64,000 nt of DNA. Origin: Podarcis pityusensis. Taxonomy: Eukaryota. Below are positions 24,201 through 36,969 of this stretch, piece after piece. The notes under the pieces were generated by a model. That model worked only from the letters and a program-made list of their open reading frames with translations. It was not told where the DNA came from and ran no database searches. Every line of letters begins with the position of its first letter. Position 1 is the stretch's first letter. The stretch lies in assembly GCA_964106645.2 (NCBI GenBank), contig OZ067038.1, one strand, 5' to 3'. The position numbers and the translations under genes were made by a program.

Positions 24201-27200
24201 TGTTTCATTGGAAATTGCTGTTTTCCCCTTCTGGGCAAATAGCAGTTTAAAGTTGAGTGCTGTTTAAATCAGGAAAATGGCACAAGGTAAAATTATTATT
24301 TAATAACAACACTTCCCCCAGCACCCCAGTCCCTATCCAAATTATTTCGCACCCCCAGTTGCCTTTAATATGAGAGAGAAGTGAAAAAACTTATTCAGAT
24401 TTCCTGGGTCACATCTGGTTTGGCTCAAAGTCACTAGAGTTGCTTGGCTGTAATTATCAACTGCAAACAGAATCACCTTACTTGATTTTTTAAAAACTAA
24501 ACAGCCACAAAGGTTGTAGCAGGCTTCAATTTTCTGTACAGAGGTTCCCAGTTAGCTAAATACTGTACTGCAGAAACATGTTTTTTAAAATTTAAGCCAT
24601 GGACTCCCTACGATTGAATATTTTCATATCTCTATGGTAGTTTTTGTTATGTGAATAGTGCAATGGACCCCCTGGGTGGGATACATGCCCCCGGGGTCTG
24701 CAAACCACTAATTGGGAGCCACTGGCATAGTGAATTTGGATATTCTGTAACTTGCGTATAGGTGGAAACAATTTGGGGGAATATGCTAATTCATAGTGAC
24801 TGGGGCAGAAGCAGAGATGATACTCTCTCTGCCCTATTGCTTTTTACTATCCTCTGAGGCTGTCTGTAAACAAGACTTTACAGATTTTAGAAAGGCCTTG
24901 AGGGCCATTAGCATTGAATTTGCCCACTGGGTCACTCCTGAATGAACAGTGGTGTGAACAGTGCACTTGCTACTCCATTCTTCCCAAGGGACAATGCATC
25001 TGCTTTGGAAGAGTTATTTTCCTTAGCTAATAATTCCCTGTTGCAGATTGGAACTGGCAACTATGGCTGCATAAAGAAAGAACAATTGCTATGTGAGCTG
25101 GGAAATAGAATTTATTTTATTGAAATATAAGGTGAAAGAGCCATTTGACAGTGCCTAGATGCACGTGGAAGATGATGCTTAAGAGGTTAGTATTCCATGA
25201 AATCAAGGCTGTAGCTGGAGTCAGATTGATTCAAGCCTACTGTAGGATCAACACACCACATTCTGCATATATTCTATTGTCGAGGGGTTTCTCCTTTGAG
25301 TTTTATGGGCAAAAAATACTTAAGAGGCTTTTGCCACATTCCAGATGCCATTCATGGTGTTAGCTGGTTTTCAACATCATGGTAATGCTATCACCCAGCC
25401 CTACTCACCACTGCTGAGTGGATTCAAACCATCAACCTTCCAATTGGCAAGCCCAAGAAGCTCAGTAGTTTAGACCACAGTATCACCCTCTCCCTGTACA
25501 GCTATATATAACCATCCTGAAAGAAGGCTGCCACTCAGTGCTGTGTTATGTATATTAAAATGTATATCGGTTTAATTCCTGAGGCAGGTAACCAGGGCAA
25601 GCAATAGTTAACTTATTTTGTTTGGGTAATTTATCTGACACCAGCTTAACCTTGGCTGTTGAATGTCAGCCAGAACTTTTTACAGCTGTTCTGAAAGTAT
25701 TCAGGCTTACTCTGATAGATATCTAGGTGAAGGTTCATCTCCTCTCAAGGACATGGGAAGCAGTCAGCAAGAATGACTTTCTATGTATCTTTGTTTGGAT
25801 TTGGCACATAGATGACACGGTCAAAGCATTGCTCTTAGTTAATCTTGGCTGTCATGATGATATAAAAGTAGGTGTATGGTTTATTTAAGATCACCCTTCT
25901 CCCAAATTTACATCACCCACATCTATCTAGCAACTAAGACCATATCCTATGCACTACTATGGGACTTGCTTCCCAGTCAACATGCACTGGATACTCTATC
26001 CTACTTATGATTTCTCAGTATCTACAGCATGCAACAATAAAATAAATATATCCATTTGTACTTACTTGTTGGTTATATTCAGCATCTAATAGGAGTTTAA
26101 ACTACTTAGATTCATTATTTAGCCATGATAGTGTTCTTTATGCAATCATATTCATAGTACCTGGACACTATTTATTGTTTGGAAGTACAGTATTACATAT
26201 TTTGTCTTTTGCTTGCGTCAACTTGCCTGATGTGATGCCCTTCATATTTACCCTTTGATTCACTATGATCTGCCCATGGTATACTTTTGTACTCCATGGT
26301 TCAAAAACTATAATCAAGGGTTGCTGAAATAGTGGTTTGAATTAAAAGCAATACATTTCCTATATTTACCACTTTGTACCAAAGCTTGCAGTGTAGAAAG
26401 AGAGATCACTAGAATCCCCTCATTTTAAGAATATCACCAGCTAAATATCATGATATCTTGATGTATCATATATATCTGTGGTGGTGAAGAGCTTTGCTGG
26501 GCCTCCCCGCAGGGGCAGAAGGTATCGCCATAGCTCCTTGCAGCAGTGGAGTGTGTGCCGCGCTTCCCTGCAGCAGAAGAGGACCTCGCTGTGCCTCCCC
26601 GTGGCAGCAGAGGGTCCCGCTGTACCTCCCCATGGCATCTGCTTCCCCACTCAAAGGTCTAAGTGGAATCTCTGCATGCATAAGTCCCACTGAGTTCAAC
26701 TAAACTAACTTCTACTTTCCTTGGAATAAGCTCTATTGAATCCAGTATGGCTTGCTTGTGAGTAGACACACATTTGCTTTCACTGCTTACGGAAAAACAT
26801 CCTCCCCATCATTCTCATACAGTACCCAATCACCCATTTCAGCATAAGACAGCCAGCTAAATCTTCTCCCTTCCATTCTCTCCCCCACAGAAGCCCCCCC
26901 CCCAAGCCCTCATCCCACCACTCTCCCTTTTTATCAAAGGGAGGTAGGGAGGTCAAGCAAGCAAAAAGATAGTCTCCTTTAAATTAAAAAAACAAAACCC
27001 TTTTTAATATGGAGGAAAGCTATTTAGGGAGAACCAATAACATAAACACCACCAGAAAAGAAAGACCCCCCCTTTTTTTTCACTGGTGAGGGAAGAAAGA
27101 AGTGTTTACCAGTTATTTGTTTACTTTGCCTCTGGGGTGGAGCCATGGGGTGTCCCTCCAGGCTCTGCATAATTAGCTGACCTTTAAGTGGAAAGATACA

Positions 27201-30200
27201 GGTAAGGCTGGTTTGTGTGAGGGCTTATGGTCATTTCTTATGGGGAGGAGGGAGAGCAAACAAAGCTGAAGACACCTGCAAAGTATCGTTCAGTTGCTCT
27301 GTTCCAGCTTTTGCCAACCTAGCAGTTTGAAAGCACACTAGTGCAAGTAGATAAATAGGTACCGCTGCAGTGGGAAGGTAAATGATGTTTCTGTGTGCTT
27401 TTGCTTCTGTCACGGTGTTCCGTTGCACCAGAAATGGTTTAGTCATGCTGGCCACATAACCCGGAAAGCTGTCTGTGGACAAACGCTGGCTTCCTCAGCC
27501 TGAAGCGAGATGAGCTCCACACCCCATAGTTGCCTTTGACTGGACTTAACCGTCCAGGGGTCCTTTACCTTCTTTTTAAAAAATCTATATAGCTATAAAT
27601 TAATATTACACAATTGGGAATTTACTATTGGTGATGGGTGTTATGAACTGAAAATACAAAAGTCCGCAGCCCAAAACTCATTTTCTGAAACTGAGTTTTC
27701 TTGAGGTTTACTATTTTCATGATCAATGAGTGCCAATTAATGAGCTTAACATACTGGATCTTTACTTTTTAAAAAAGAAAAAACTTTTTTAAAACCCCTC
27801 ATAGCTGTTGTGTGATATCTGAACCATAAATTTCAATCAGCCCTGTTATAAAAAATGAATGTTTAACATGGGTGTTCAGAGATCTATTATTCTATTATTC
27901 TTATTCATTGAAATTGTAGCCGTGAAGATTTCCAACGCATTCCAGAACTTGCCATCAACCCACTGGGGGACCGGATTATCAATGCCTTTTTTCCAGAAGG
28001 GTAAGTTGCACAGTGTTTCTTCTTAATAAGTTGCTTGGTGTGAAGTGCTCGTAGGACTAATTTAAGATGTGGATTCTTATATTCTATTCTTGACACCGTA
28101 AAACAATCTGCTGGACTTCAGATACAATATTGGGGACTGGAGCGTCAGTTACTAACTATTCAAAGTAAAACTTTATTAATATTAGGTATTTGTTAATGCT
28201 TTAGTTCCATTTATATTCTGCCACATTTATATAATGGCACCAAAAATATCTACTTCACTTCCCAAATTCCCTTCACTAGCTGAGAAGTAAAACCCTGACT
28301 ACCTTTCAGTTGATGCTCTAAATAGGGGTCTGAAATTTTGGGCCAGTTGTAATTGCCAGGCTCCTTCCCCCTGCTGATTGGGTGGAGGCAAGCACCTCTG
28401 CTCAGTAACAAAGAAGTTCCACCAACCTTTATCTCCTACATCAACAAGAGGTAGGGAGAGCATATTTCAAAGGAGCGCAGAGCCCCAAGGCTACAACATC
28501 AGCCAGTTTTTCAGAAGGAAAAACATAGTTAAGTTTGGAGCAGCAAATTGCACTGAGACTTTGAATAGCAGCATATTTCCAAATGCCTGTGTAAACAGGT
28601 GAAGTGAGTACCTGGTGCCAGAAGCCCAATACTATAGGGCCCATCCATGCCTCCAGGGGGAGAGAACTTCTCAGTTGAGGAGCCACAACAGAGAGAATTC
28701 TATCCCACGTCAATGTACAACTGCCTACAACAAACACAGCAAAAATAGCAAGAAGCACCTCCCCTGCTAATCTAAGGATCTGGGATGGTTGGTAATTGTT
28801 GAAGGCTGACTAATTTTTATAGTTTAAGTTATAGTTTTGAGATGGTAGTTCAATAACGTTCAGTTAAACAGCAAAATAAAATAACAGCTGAGAAGAGAGA
28901 CCAAAACAGTGTACATGGAACAAGTATAGAAAAATAACAGCAAAATATGAAACTGCATTCTCCAAACTCTGGTAAATTTGTTTGGATATTCTTGTTTAAA
29001 GTATATTGCTTGATGGATTTGCAAAATGTAATAGATTGTGTGTATCTTCTCTGGTATAGAGAAGACCAGGTGAATTTTCGTGGATTCATGAGGACTTTGG
29101 CACACTTCCGACCCATTGAGGATAATGAGAAAAGCAAAGACCAGAATGGGCCAGAACCACTTAATAGTCGGAGCAACAAGCTGTACTGTAAGACATTTTT
29201 AATTGGACATCTATTCAGGCTAATTGTACTGCTTTGTATTCTTCTTTGTAATCCTGCAGCTTGGAATCTGTTCCTCTTCTTTTAAACTTAGTTTAAACCT
29301 GGATACAAATCTTACGGAAACAAGAGTAGAAAGTTACCTAAGTGAAAGTGGATTTTTGTCACTTTTGCTGGCTGTGGCTGATGAGGAGTTGTAGCCCAGC
29401 CATCCAACGGAATTTCCATTTTCTTTCCTCCTCCCAAAATCTACTCTGGATGGTCCCTCAATACCGCCCCCCCAGCTGTTTTTGAGGGTGCACAGGGACA
29501 GGAGAGGAACAGGAAATTCCATTGCGTGCCTGGAAGTCTGTTGTGTGAGTGGTGCTACAGTGTTGGGCACAGCCAGTTGTTTCTGTCCTAATGTAACAAA
29601 GCCTATAACCAAGCCCAAGTACATGGTACTGAAATAATTGTATTTGGAAAATGCTGTGCACATTGATGGTGCTGCTTTAAATGAATCATCGTAATATATC
29701 TTCCATGACCTCACATTTTACTTTATAATATTCTTAGATTTACATAAGATACTCAACAAATCTTAAATTATTGGTAAAACTGTTGAAGCAGGCTAACTTT
29801 CCATGCCTAAATATAGGCATTCTATATAAGCATTCTATAAATTACTGCCTGATAGGAAAAAGAAATCTGTTTAATGTGCTAGCATGTATCGGTAACTGGT
29901 CAAAGAAAAAGAAAAACCCAAGTATTTAAGCATAACTATTTTGGGACAGCAAAATTTCCTTTCTTGGGCATTTAGTGTGAACCTGAAAATGTCTTATCCA
30001 GTCAGTGAGATGAGTCCATTATGTTCCCTCTATACTCCTAAGATAGGCCTTTGGTCAGATGCAGCACAGTTACTCTCCTATTCTTAAAAATGATCACCTC
30101 AAGGAACAGTCAAGTTTTAACTGATTGGTGTCTTTGTGGTTGCCAGTAGTCAATGACTATGAAGAATAAGGGAAGAGTGTTTGTAGTATGGGGGCACATT

Positions 30201-33105
30201 GCTCTGGTTCGATAATGTATTCTGTATATGGCAGCAGTGGGAAAGAAAGCAGGGATTTTTAGTACAGGCACCTCCCCATTTGCACCTGATCATGCGTGCG
30301 ACTGCTGACACACTCATGCCTTTTTGGGGGCCCAAGGGGGTGGAGCAGGCTGGAACATACTTGCATGTGTCCCAGAGCAGACCCCCTGCATAAGCAGGGA
30401 TTCCCCTATATATCATTTTTTTCCCCGTATCCAGAAATTCCCTACCAAAATGTGACAGTTTGTTTACTTTTTATTTTCTTTTGTATTTTTACTTAACATT
30501 CTGGCATTTATGGCAGTTCCTAAGCAACACGACTGGTTCAACAGTCTGTGGCTTTTTAATGTGTTCGTAGGAAGGGGTTATTGGTTTTTGTTGTTCATAG
30601 AATCATAGAGTTGTAAAGTACTACAAGGGTCATATAGTCCAATCCCCTGCAGTGCAGAAATATTTCGCCCAGTGTGGGGCTCAAACCCATGACCCTGAGA
30701 TGAAGGGTCTCATGCTCTGTGGACTGAGCTGTGTAGAAGAGGATATTATGTTATGTGTTTTGATTTTGTAAACTACCCTATGAAGGGCAGTATATAAATA
30801 AATAACCTTGAATTTATTTCCTCTAGTTGCTTTTCGGCTATATGATCTAGATAAAGATGACAAGATTTCTCGAGAGGAGCTGCTTCAGGTATGTTTAGCT
30901 TTTGCAGCCCATAAATTAATGCAAATTTTTCGGATGACTGTCTTATTTAGCCTTTAAGGTAAAGTCTGGTTGAATGATAATACTAAATTATTATAATACA
31001 TAGGTATTATATAACAATATAACTATAGTAGCAGCTGAGGTAAGAAAAGACTTTGTGAATCTCTCCCCTCCATTTTAAATCCCCACACCCACACAGATAT
31101 TGCTCAATCTTTAATCTCCTCTTGTCTGCCTAGGCTGTGTGACCCTGTTCCAGGCTGGGGACAGGATTGTGTAGCCAGTGCAGGATTAAACCCTGTTCAG
31201 TAGTGATGTCAGCTCATGGGCAAATGGGTGTGCTTTTGGAAAAACAGCTTGGCTGCTCAAATTGGCACACAGGCCAAACATTCCTCACCCAATGTATGTC
31301 ATGAGGCTAAACTCTCCTTGCTATAACAATAAAAAATATACTCTGGTTCAAAACCAGCAGCTAGCCCCAATCCTATAAAGCTGTGCTCTTGGTGGTGGGG
31401 AAAGGTATTCTGTGAACCTGGAAAAAGTACTTAAAGGTTTGCACACCATGGTATGCCATAGTTACAAACTGTTAGGGCTTATCATGAAGCTCTTCTGGTT
31501 GTTCTAGAGAGAACTAGCCCACAAGTACTGGTTTGCACACAAAGCTAAGCTAGTAGTGTGGTTTGTTTGTTTGACAAACTGAGAAGCAAGGTGGGCATGA
31601 TTTGAGCATTTCACACCAATGTGCTGCTCATTCAAAGAATGCCATACTTGGTTTGTGTAACAATGGCTTACTGTATTATTTTATACTTTCTGGATGTCCC
31701 ATAATCATATTATATAAATAGTTGTGTTCTGTGTTATAAATCAAGCATTGCTGGGGGTTGTTTCTTTTTGCTTTCCAGTGTATTTCTTATCAATAAAAAA
31801 TTTGGTGTGGCGTGAGCAAATTTTTACTCTAAAAGGGTGGCCCAGAGAAAAAAGCGGAGAACTTTCTGAAAATTGTTAACTTGCTGGTCTGAGAATTCTT
31901 GAGATGAAAGTTGTATTTGTAAGTGGTGCACTTGACATTATTCAGTAAACCTGGACTGATCTCCTTATTTCTAGAAAGAGCTTCCTTAAACTGCCTCAGT
32001 ATATTTTATTTGAGGCAGTGCAGTAAATGGTGGTCTGTGCAACGTCAAGGTGTATAGTACCTAGCACCCAAGGACAGATAAGGTATTTTTGCACCTGAAG
32101 CAGGAAATGTCCCAAGCACCTCTCCTTGGGAACAATAATATAATAATTAAAAATTGCTGCTGTTTTGTGATATTTAAAACCAGCTGCCTGATCGGGCTGG
32201 TCCTGAAACTTCACTTGGTTGACTTAAAATAATAGCTTTACTTGTCTGGTGCCTTCTTAGCACTTACAGCATATTCTTTGTTAAACACTAACATTACATT
32301 CTTTTGGGGTTTCTGTATACTGCAGGTTTTGCGGATGATGGTTGGCGTAAACATCTCGGATGAACAGTTGGGCAGCATTGCTGACAGAACAATCCAGGAG
32401 GCTGATCAAGATGGTGACAGTGCAATCTCCTTTGCAGAGTTTGTTAAGGTCAGGAAACAATGTTTATTATGGCAAACCTGATTAAGTGCTTGGATTTCCG
32501 AATCAGATGTGCAATCAAATGAATAGAAGGCTTATGTGCATAATTTCTTCAGTTATTTTGCTATTTCCCATATCTGAACATAAATTGGCAGAGATGTGCT
32601 CTTCAGCTTCATAACAATTGCAATTTATCTTATTTGCTTAAATGATTCTTGTTAGACTTGTTAGTTTTTCTAAATATTTTTAGTGTGTGACAACTTTGCA
32701 TGCTGTTCCAAGGCATGATCTGTGGGTACATGATAAAGGAGCCTTTCTTGAAATTAAGCTGATTTAGTTTGGTTAGTGCTTTGATAGACTGCCCAGGGAT
32801 CATCTTGAATTCCATAAATGCAATTAAATACACTCCAAATGCAAGTGTTGCTAAGTACAGCTTTCATTTTCCATAAAATATATTACTGATGACCTCTAGG
32901 TCAAGATCTACAAAAAATAGTTCTGCAGCACAAGAGGAGATGCAGTAGGAAAGCTGACAAGAATGGCTTCCTAAGACAAGACTAAAGTCTAAATGTTGAG
33001 AGAGAATTCGATTCCTGTGACAAATGGTTAACAATTCTACTTTTTTTGCAGGTTTTGGAGAAGGTGGATGTAGAGCAAAAAATGAGCATTCGATTTCTTC
33101 ACTGA
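14590..33105 (+). CDS. CHP1: CHP1 calcineurin B homologous protein 1, complete CDS, 195 aa; join(14590-14656, 20985-21057, 27920-28000, 29060-29187, 30827-30888, 32326-32448, 33052-33105)
   Basis: 588 nt spliced: [71 protein letters not shown]...EF-hand loops [12 protein letters not shown] and [12 protein letters not shown]...[12 protein letters not shown]-myristoylation motif MGxxxS. Confidence 0.98.
16801..17053. mobile_element. hAT-type non-autonomous DNA transposon
   Basis: TIRs TAGGGGTCGGCAACCT / AGGTTGCCTACCCCTG; 8-bp TSD GTTTAATA / GGTTAATA. Confidence 0.8.
18753..19110 (-). mobile_element. Sauria SINE, full length, nested in the (ATT)n tail of an L2-type fragment
   Basis: Complete head-to-tail match to the other copies; ATT repeats on both sides. 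Confidence 0.92.
20985..21057 (+). CDS. CHP1: CHP1 exon 2
   Basis: ttcag|[24 protein letters not shown]|gtaggt. Confidence 0.97.
21458..21878 (+). mobile_element. Solo LTR (421 bp) in CHP1 intron 2
   Basis: TGTCAGG...CCTGACA termini; perfect 5-bp TSD TAGAC (21453-21457 and 21879-21883); internal AATAAA 21807-21812. Confidence 0.8.
27293..27571 (+). mobile_element. Sauria SINE, 5'-truncated
   Basis: Core and CCTTTACCTT tail present. Confidence 0.88.
27920..28000 (+). CDS. CHP1: CHP1 exon 3
   Basis: tgtag|[26 protein letters not shown]|gtaagt. Confidence 0.97.
29060..29187 (+). CDS. CHP1: CHP1 exon 4
   Basis: tatag|[24 protein letters not shown]...SRSNKLY|gtaaga. Confidence 0.97.
30596..30730 (-). 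mobile_element. tRNA(Lys)-like SINE with CR1-type tail
   Basis: Reverse-complement homologue of 35842-35983. Confidence 0.7.
30827..30888 (+). CDS. CHP1: CHP1 exon 5
   Basis: ctctag|[21 protein letters not shown]|gtatgt. Confidence 0.97.
32326..32448 (+). CDS. CHP1: CHP1 exon 6
   Basis: ctgcag|[41 protein letters not shown]|gtcagg. Confidence 0.97.
33052..33105 (+). CDS. CHP1: CHP1 exon 7 coding part
   Basis: ttgcag|[20 protein letters not shown]. Confidence 0.97.
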   Translation, partial: VLEKVDVEQKMSIRFLH

Positions 33106-34671
33106 TGGATCAAGGCCCATTCCTTGTTGTCCTGATATTTAAGGAATATAGTTTGTTTTACCCTCTCCTGAGCATTCCTGCTGGTGCATGTGAGGTACAT
33201 CTCCAAACCCCCCTCAGTTTGTTCCATCGATGTGAACATTCCTTCTGCATCAGAACAAAGGAACGTGGCTGCAGTGCAGCTTGGAATGGAACCTTGAAAT
33301 GGCCTTTTCCTCACACTTCTCTTTGCTTTGCTTTCTGGTTATAAATTATTTCTTCCCATGTTACTATAATCTTCTATCATTTTATGAACTATGACAACAA
33401 AAATCTGACTTGGTAGTATTTGTATTCTACCTTCGGTTTGTCTGGTTAACAAACTGTTTTCTTCTGTCCTTGGTTTTGTTTAAATATAGATGTTTGCCAC
33501 TCTTAACTTCACAAAGTAATGCAAGGCCAATGGTTTTGTTTTCGGAATTAAGGCTTCGGAGCTTCGTCTTGCAAGTGTGTCAAATGTTACGAATTTGTCC
33601 ACAGATGTGGGATGTCTGCCAAGAGAGTAACTTGCAGTTCTGAAAACATAGTAATTGGGTACTTGAATGAAACTATTTCATAGCAAGCTGTTTCTTAACT
33701 GGAAAAAGTTGATTGCCTCTCTGCTGCCCACCCCCTGCCACCAGCTTTGTTTATGTAGACGATTTTGATTTGCATTATACTTAAATTACTCAAATTTCTT
33801 TCTTGTGCTTTTATTGTTTTTCAGTGAATGTTTGCAATACATAATTTTTGTTGCACAGCTTATAGTGGAAGGCTTTTCATACCAATTATGCCAACTGGAC
33901 CTTTCGTCTCCAACATGCATGTCAAAGTCCAGATTTGAGTAGTACTGTGTCCCTACAAATTATGTGGGAACACTAACGGTTTTAGGAAAATTCTTAGCAC
34001 ATGTGTACATTTATTACTTCAGATTATATTTTGAAAGTTTTATTTTAACCACACACAAGGATCAAGTAACATTGTGAATTTTGATGTAAGCATCACAATA
34101 CAGAACTGAGGGCTCAAAAGCAATGAATATGATGATCTTTTCAGGCTGAATTGTCTTTGCTGTTAGTAAACAATTCTGTTGCACTGATTATCAATGAACT
34201 TTGACAACCGTGTTTAACTGTGCAGTGTTGGCTTCCAAGATGCAGAAAAATACTTTGTGTAAAAATCAGTGTTCAAATGCTCCCGACCCCTGCTATATGT
34301 CAGCATTTCTATAAGTATTGAGTGCAAGTTAATCTAGTTTACTTAAATCCAACACAATTCAATGATCCTTAAGAACTGCACACTATTTTACATTTTAAAA
34401 AAAACTGCAGAAGAAAATCTATTCCTTCTTCAGACAAATTATAAAGATGGGAACAAGATTATAGGGTGATTGCTTACAAATACTTTAGGATTTTTTTGAT
34501 CACAATGTAAACATAGGAATTTTATAAAGAGAAGGAAAATGAAAGTAACACCAAGTTGTTAGATTTATTGTTTGAAATTTGCTTATCTGAAAATAAGCAA
34601 TCTTCCTTTGGCTATAGAGGTAATCCACAGGTGTGCCTTGTCAGATCTATTATATTCATCAACTATCCATG

Positions 34672-34677
34672 AATAAA
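34672..34677 (+). terminator. Probable CHP1 poly(A) signal (3'UTR about 1.6 kb)
   Basis: AATAAA followed about 15 nt later by GT-rich ctgtgttctgtg. Confidence 0.55.
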
Positions 34678-35841
34678 ATCCTTCAACATACTGTGTTCTG
34701 TGAATGAATGGAGGTTTTAAATAACACAAGGTAGAATGCTACAGCTGAAAGACTTTATTTTCTCATATACTAATCTAGTTTTTAAGAGATTGGGTGACAT
34801 CCAGTGCTGTCAACCCACTTGCACAACATACACCTGCTAGCACAACAGGACTTGCCTTTTTCCTCCCTGCTCAAAAGAAAGGAAAACGAAACAAAAAACC
34901 TGCTCTGCAGGCTCCTGCAACCTTCAAAAGATTTCAGAGAGCAAAGAGAAACCCAGCTGCATAAGCAGATGTTTGCTCATGCAACTTTGGATCTCACCTC
35001 TTGTTTTCATTACTAAAGTTTTAAATGGCTTTGAATTTTCAACCTGCAGGCATTTAGAATGTTTTACAAGCAATATATATCAACTGGAATTTCCTGCTTT
35101 CTCTTAGGCCAGGAGAGTGTGGTCCTATTGCCCTTATATCTGGCTCAGCTATTTATCAGTTTGATGGTGGGAATAAATAGGAGTTGCCTGCCTTTTACTC
35201 AGAATATGTTAAGACAGAACAGATTTTAAAACTTCAAATAAAATTAGAAATAACAGGGAATGGAGATGAAATACAGGCCAGGTAAGTGTATTCTTAACTC
35301 TTGTTGTTAGTCCAGCTGTGCATTTTAACTCATATAATCTTCTCAACTTGATGGGTTCTGCTTAGGTTTCAGTAGCTGTACAATTCACTGTAGAGTGTAG
35401 AAACCTGAAGACTCATTTAACATGTTCCTGACTAAAGGTTGATTCTCATGTTACAGTGGATGCAAATTCCCATTTGTCTACAAAAAAGAATTCATAAAGC
35501 ACTGTAAAAAGTCTAATATCAATATGGAGTTACTGCAACTATTCATTTCTTGGCATGTCTTGTCAGAAAAACAACTCAAGCCATTATTATTATATATGGT
35601 ATGTTAGTATTAATCTATATATTAAAAGTACATAATTGTAAATGTGAAGCTTCCCTAATAGTAATTTCAGTTTGCCTTGATCCCACCCCTAAAAGACAGA
35701 GTAAGTTAATTGAAATGATGGCTCCAACTCAAGATTATGATGAATGTTGGTTATCACCCATACACAAAATATGAATGCATAACATGACACACCTTTTGGT
35801 GTGCTATGTTATCCAAACATAATAAACCTGCTAAATTAGTA

Positions 35842-35983
35842 CTGACTCAGTTGGCAGAGCATGAGACTCTTAATCTCAGGGTTATGGGTTTGAGCCCCAC
35901 ATTGGGCAAAAATATTCCTGCATTGCAGGGCTCAGACTAGATGACCCTCGTGGTCCCTTCCAACTTGACAGTTCTATGATTCT
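35842..35983 (+). mobile_element. tRNA(Lys)-like SINE with CR1-type tail
   Basis: CTCAGTTGGCAGAGCATGAGACTCTTAATCTCAGGGTTATGGGTTTGAGCCCCAC head, then GACTAGATGACCCTCGTGGTCCCTTCCAAC...TTCTATGATTCT. Confidence 0.75.
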
Positions 35984-36969
35984 GTGACTAGGAGACAACA
36001 GAAAATTGTCCCATATAGCAAACACCTCTTCTGTTATGGTGCAACAACCAGTATCTTAAAACTTGTTCAGGTCTCTGGACAGCTTCCTACAGGATATTCC
36101 CTCTAAAGCATAGTCACAGTACCCACACCATTATGAAACTAAGCTTTTAGGGTGCTATCATAGAGCCCCAACACGAGACCAGAATTTTTATAGTGCCCCC
36201 CCCCAAAAAAATTACTGTCAGATCATACCTGTACCCACTGATCACACCAGGAAAAAAGGGAGAGCTAACAATTCACAGCCCCACCTAGGAGCAAAAATGG
36301 AGAATCTGAGGTACAGATCCCATGTGAATATATATGATTCCTGCACAAGTTATTGATGGTGGTGGGTGACAGATCCCTTCTGAAAACCCAGAGGGTTTCT
36401 TTTTGAGATCTATTTTTGCAAAATGGTGGAACGAGGAAGTGCAAGACTTGGTCTGTGGAGACAAGTGTGATCTGAGTTTTGATGAGGATTTTGGTCTACA
36501 TTTTCTGTGCAGTTGTTCCAACTGTGTTTCAAGAAAGCATTCCCAACCTGCCAGAGCAAAAACCTAAGCAGTCTGATTTCTACTGAGGAAGCTCTTTCCT
36601 AAGCAGGGCTGGCGTGAATGTACCACCCTTTATATAATGCTTATTCTCCTCCGTGTAATTTGCAGGACACCCAGAACTAAAGCTGAAAGAACTCTAGCTT
36701 GCAAGTGGCATAGCCAACCCATGACATTTTGGCAAACCACAAAATGGCATCCTCCCTCCCTGCCAGTGAAGAAGGGGTGAGTGAAGAGCTAGACCAGAAA
36801 CTGGAGGAATCTGCCTGCCTGCCTCAATGCCTGAGGCGGTTGCAGCACCTTGCCTTGTGGGTGGGCCTGGTGTGTTTAGGATTGAAGCCCGGTTATAGTT
36901 CCCTATCTGCCCATCAAGTAAGATCGCCTATTGTACACTGAGAGATCCAGCTCTACATTCCCCATTCAA

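Noticed and set aside
29184-29186. CHP1 Tyr at a position where I recall His in mammals (NKLY versus NKLH)
   Set aside because: Single substitution outside the EF-hand loops; no basis for a functional claim.
35842-35910. tRNA-Lys(CTT)-like sequence
   Set aside because: Degenerate acceptor stem and T-loop, directly fused to a CR1-type tail; it is a SINE head, not a tRNA gene.
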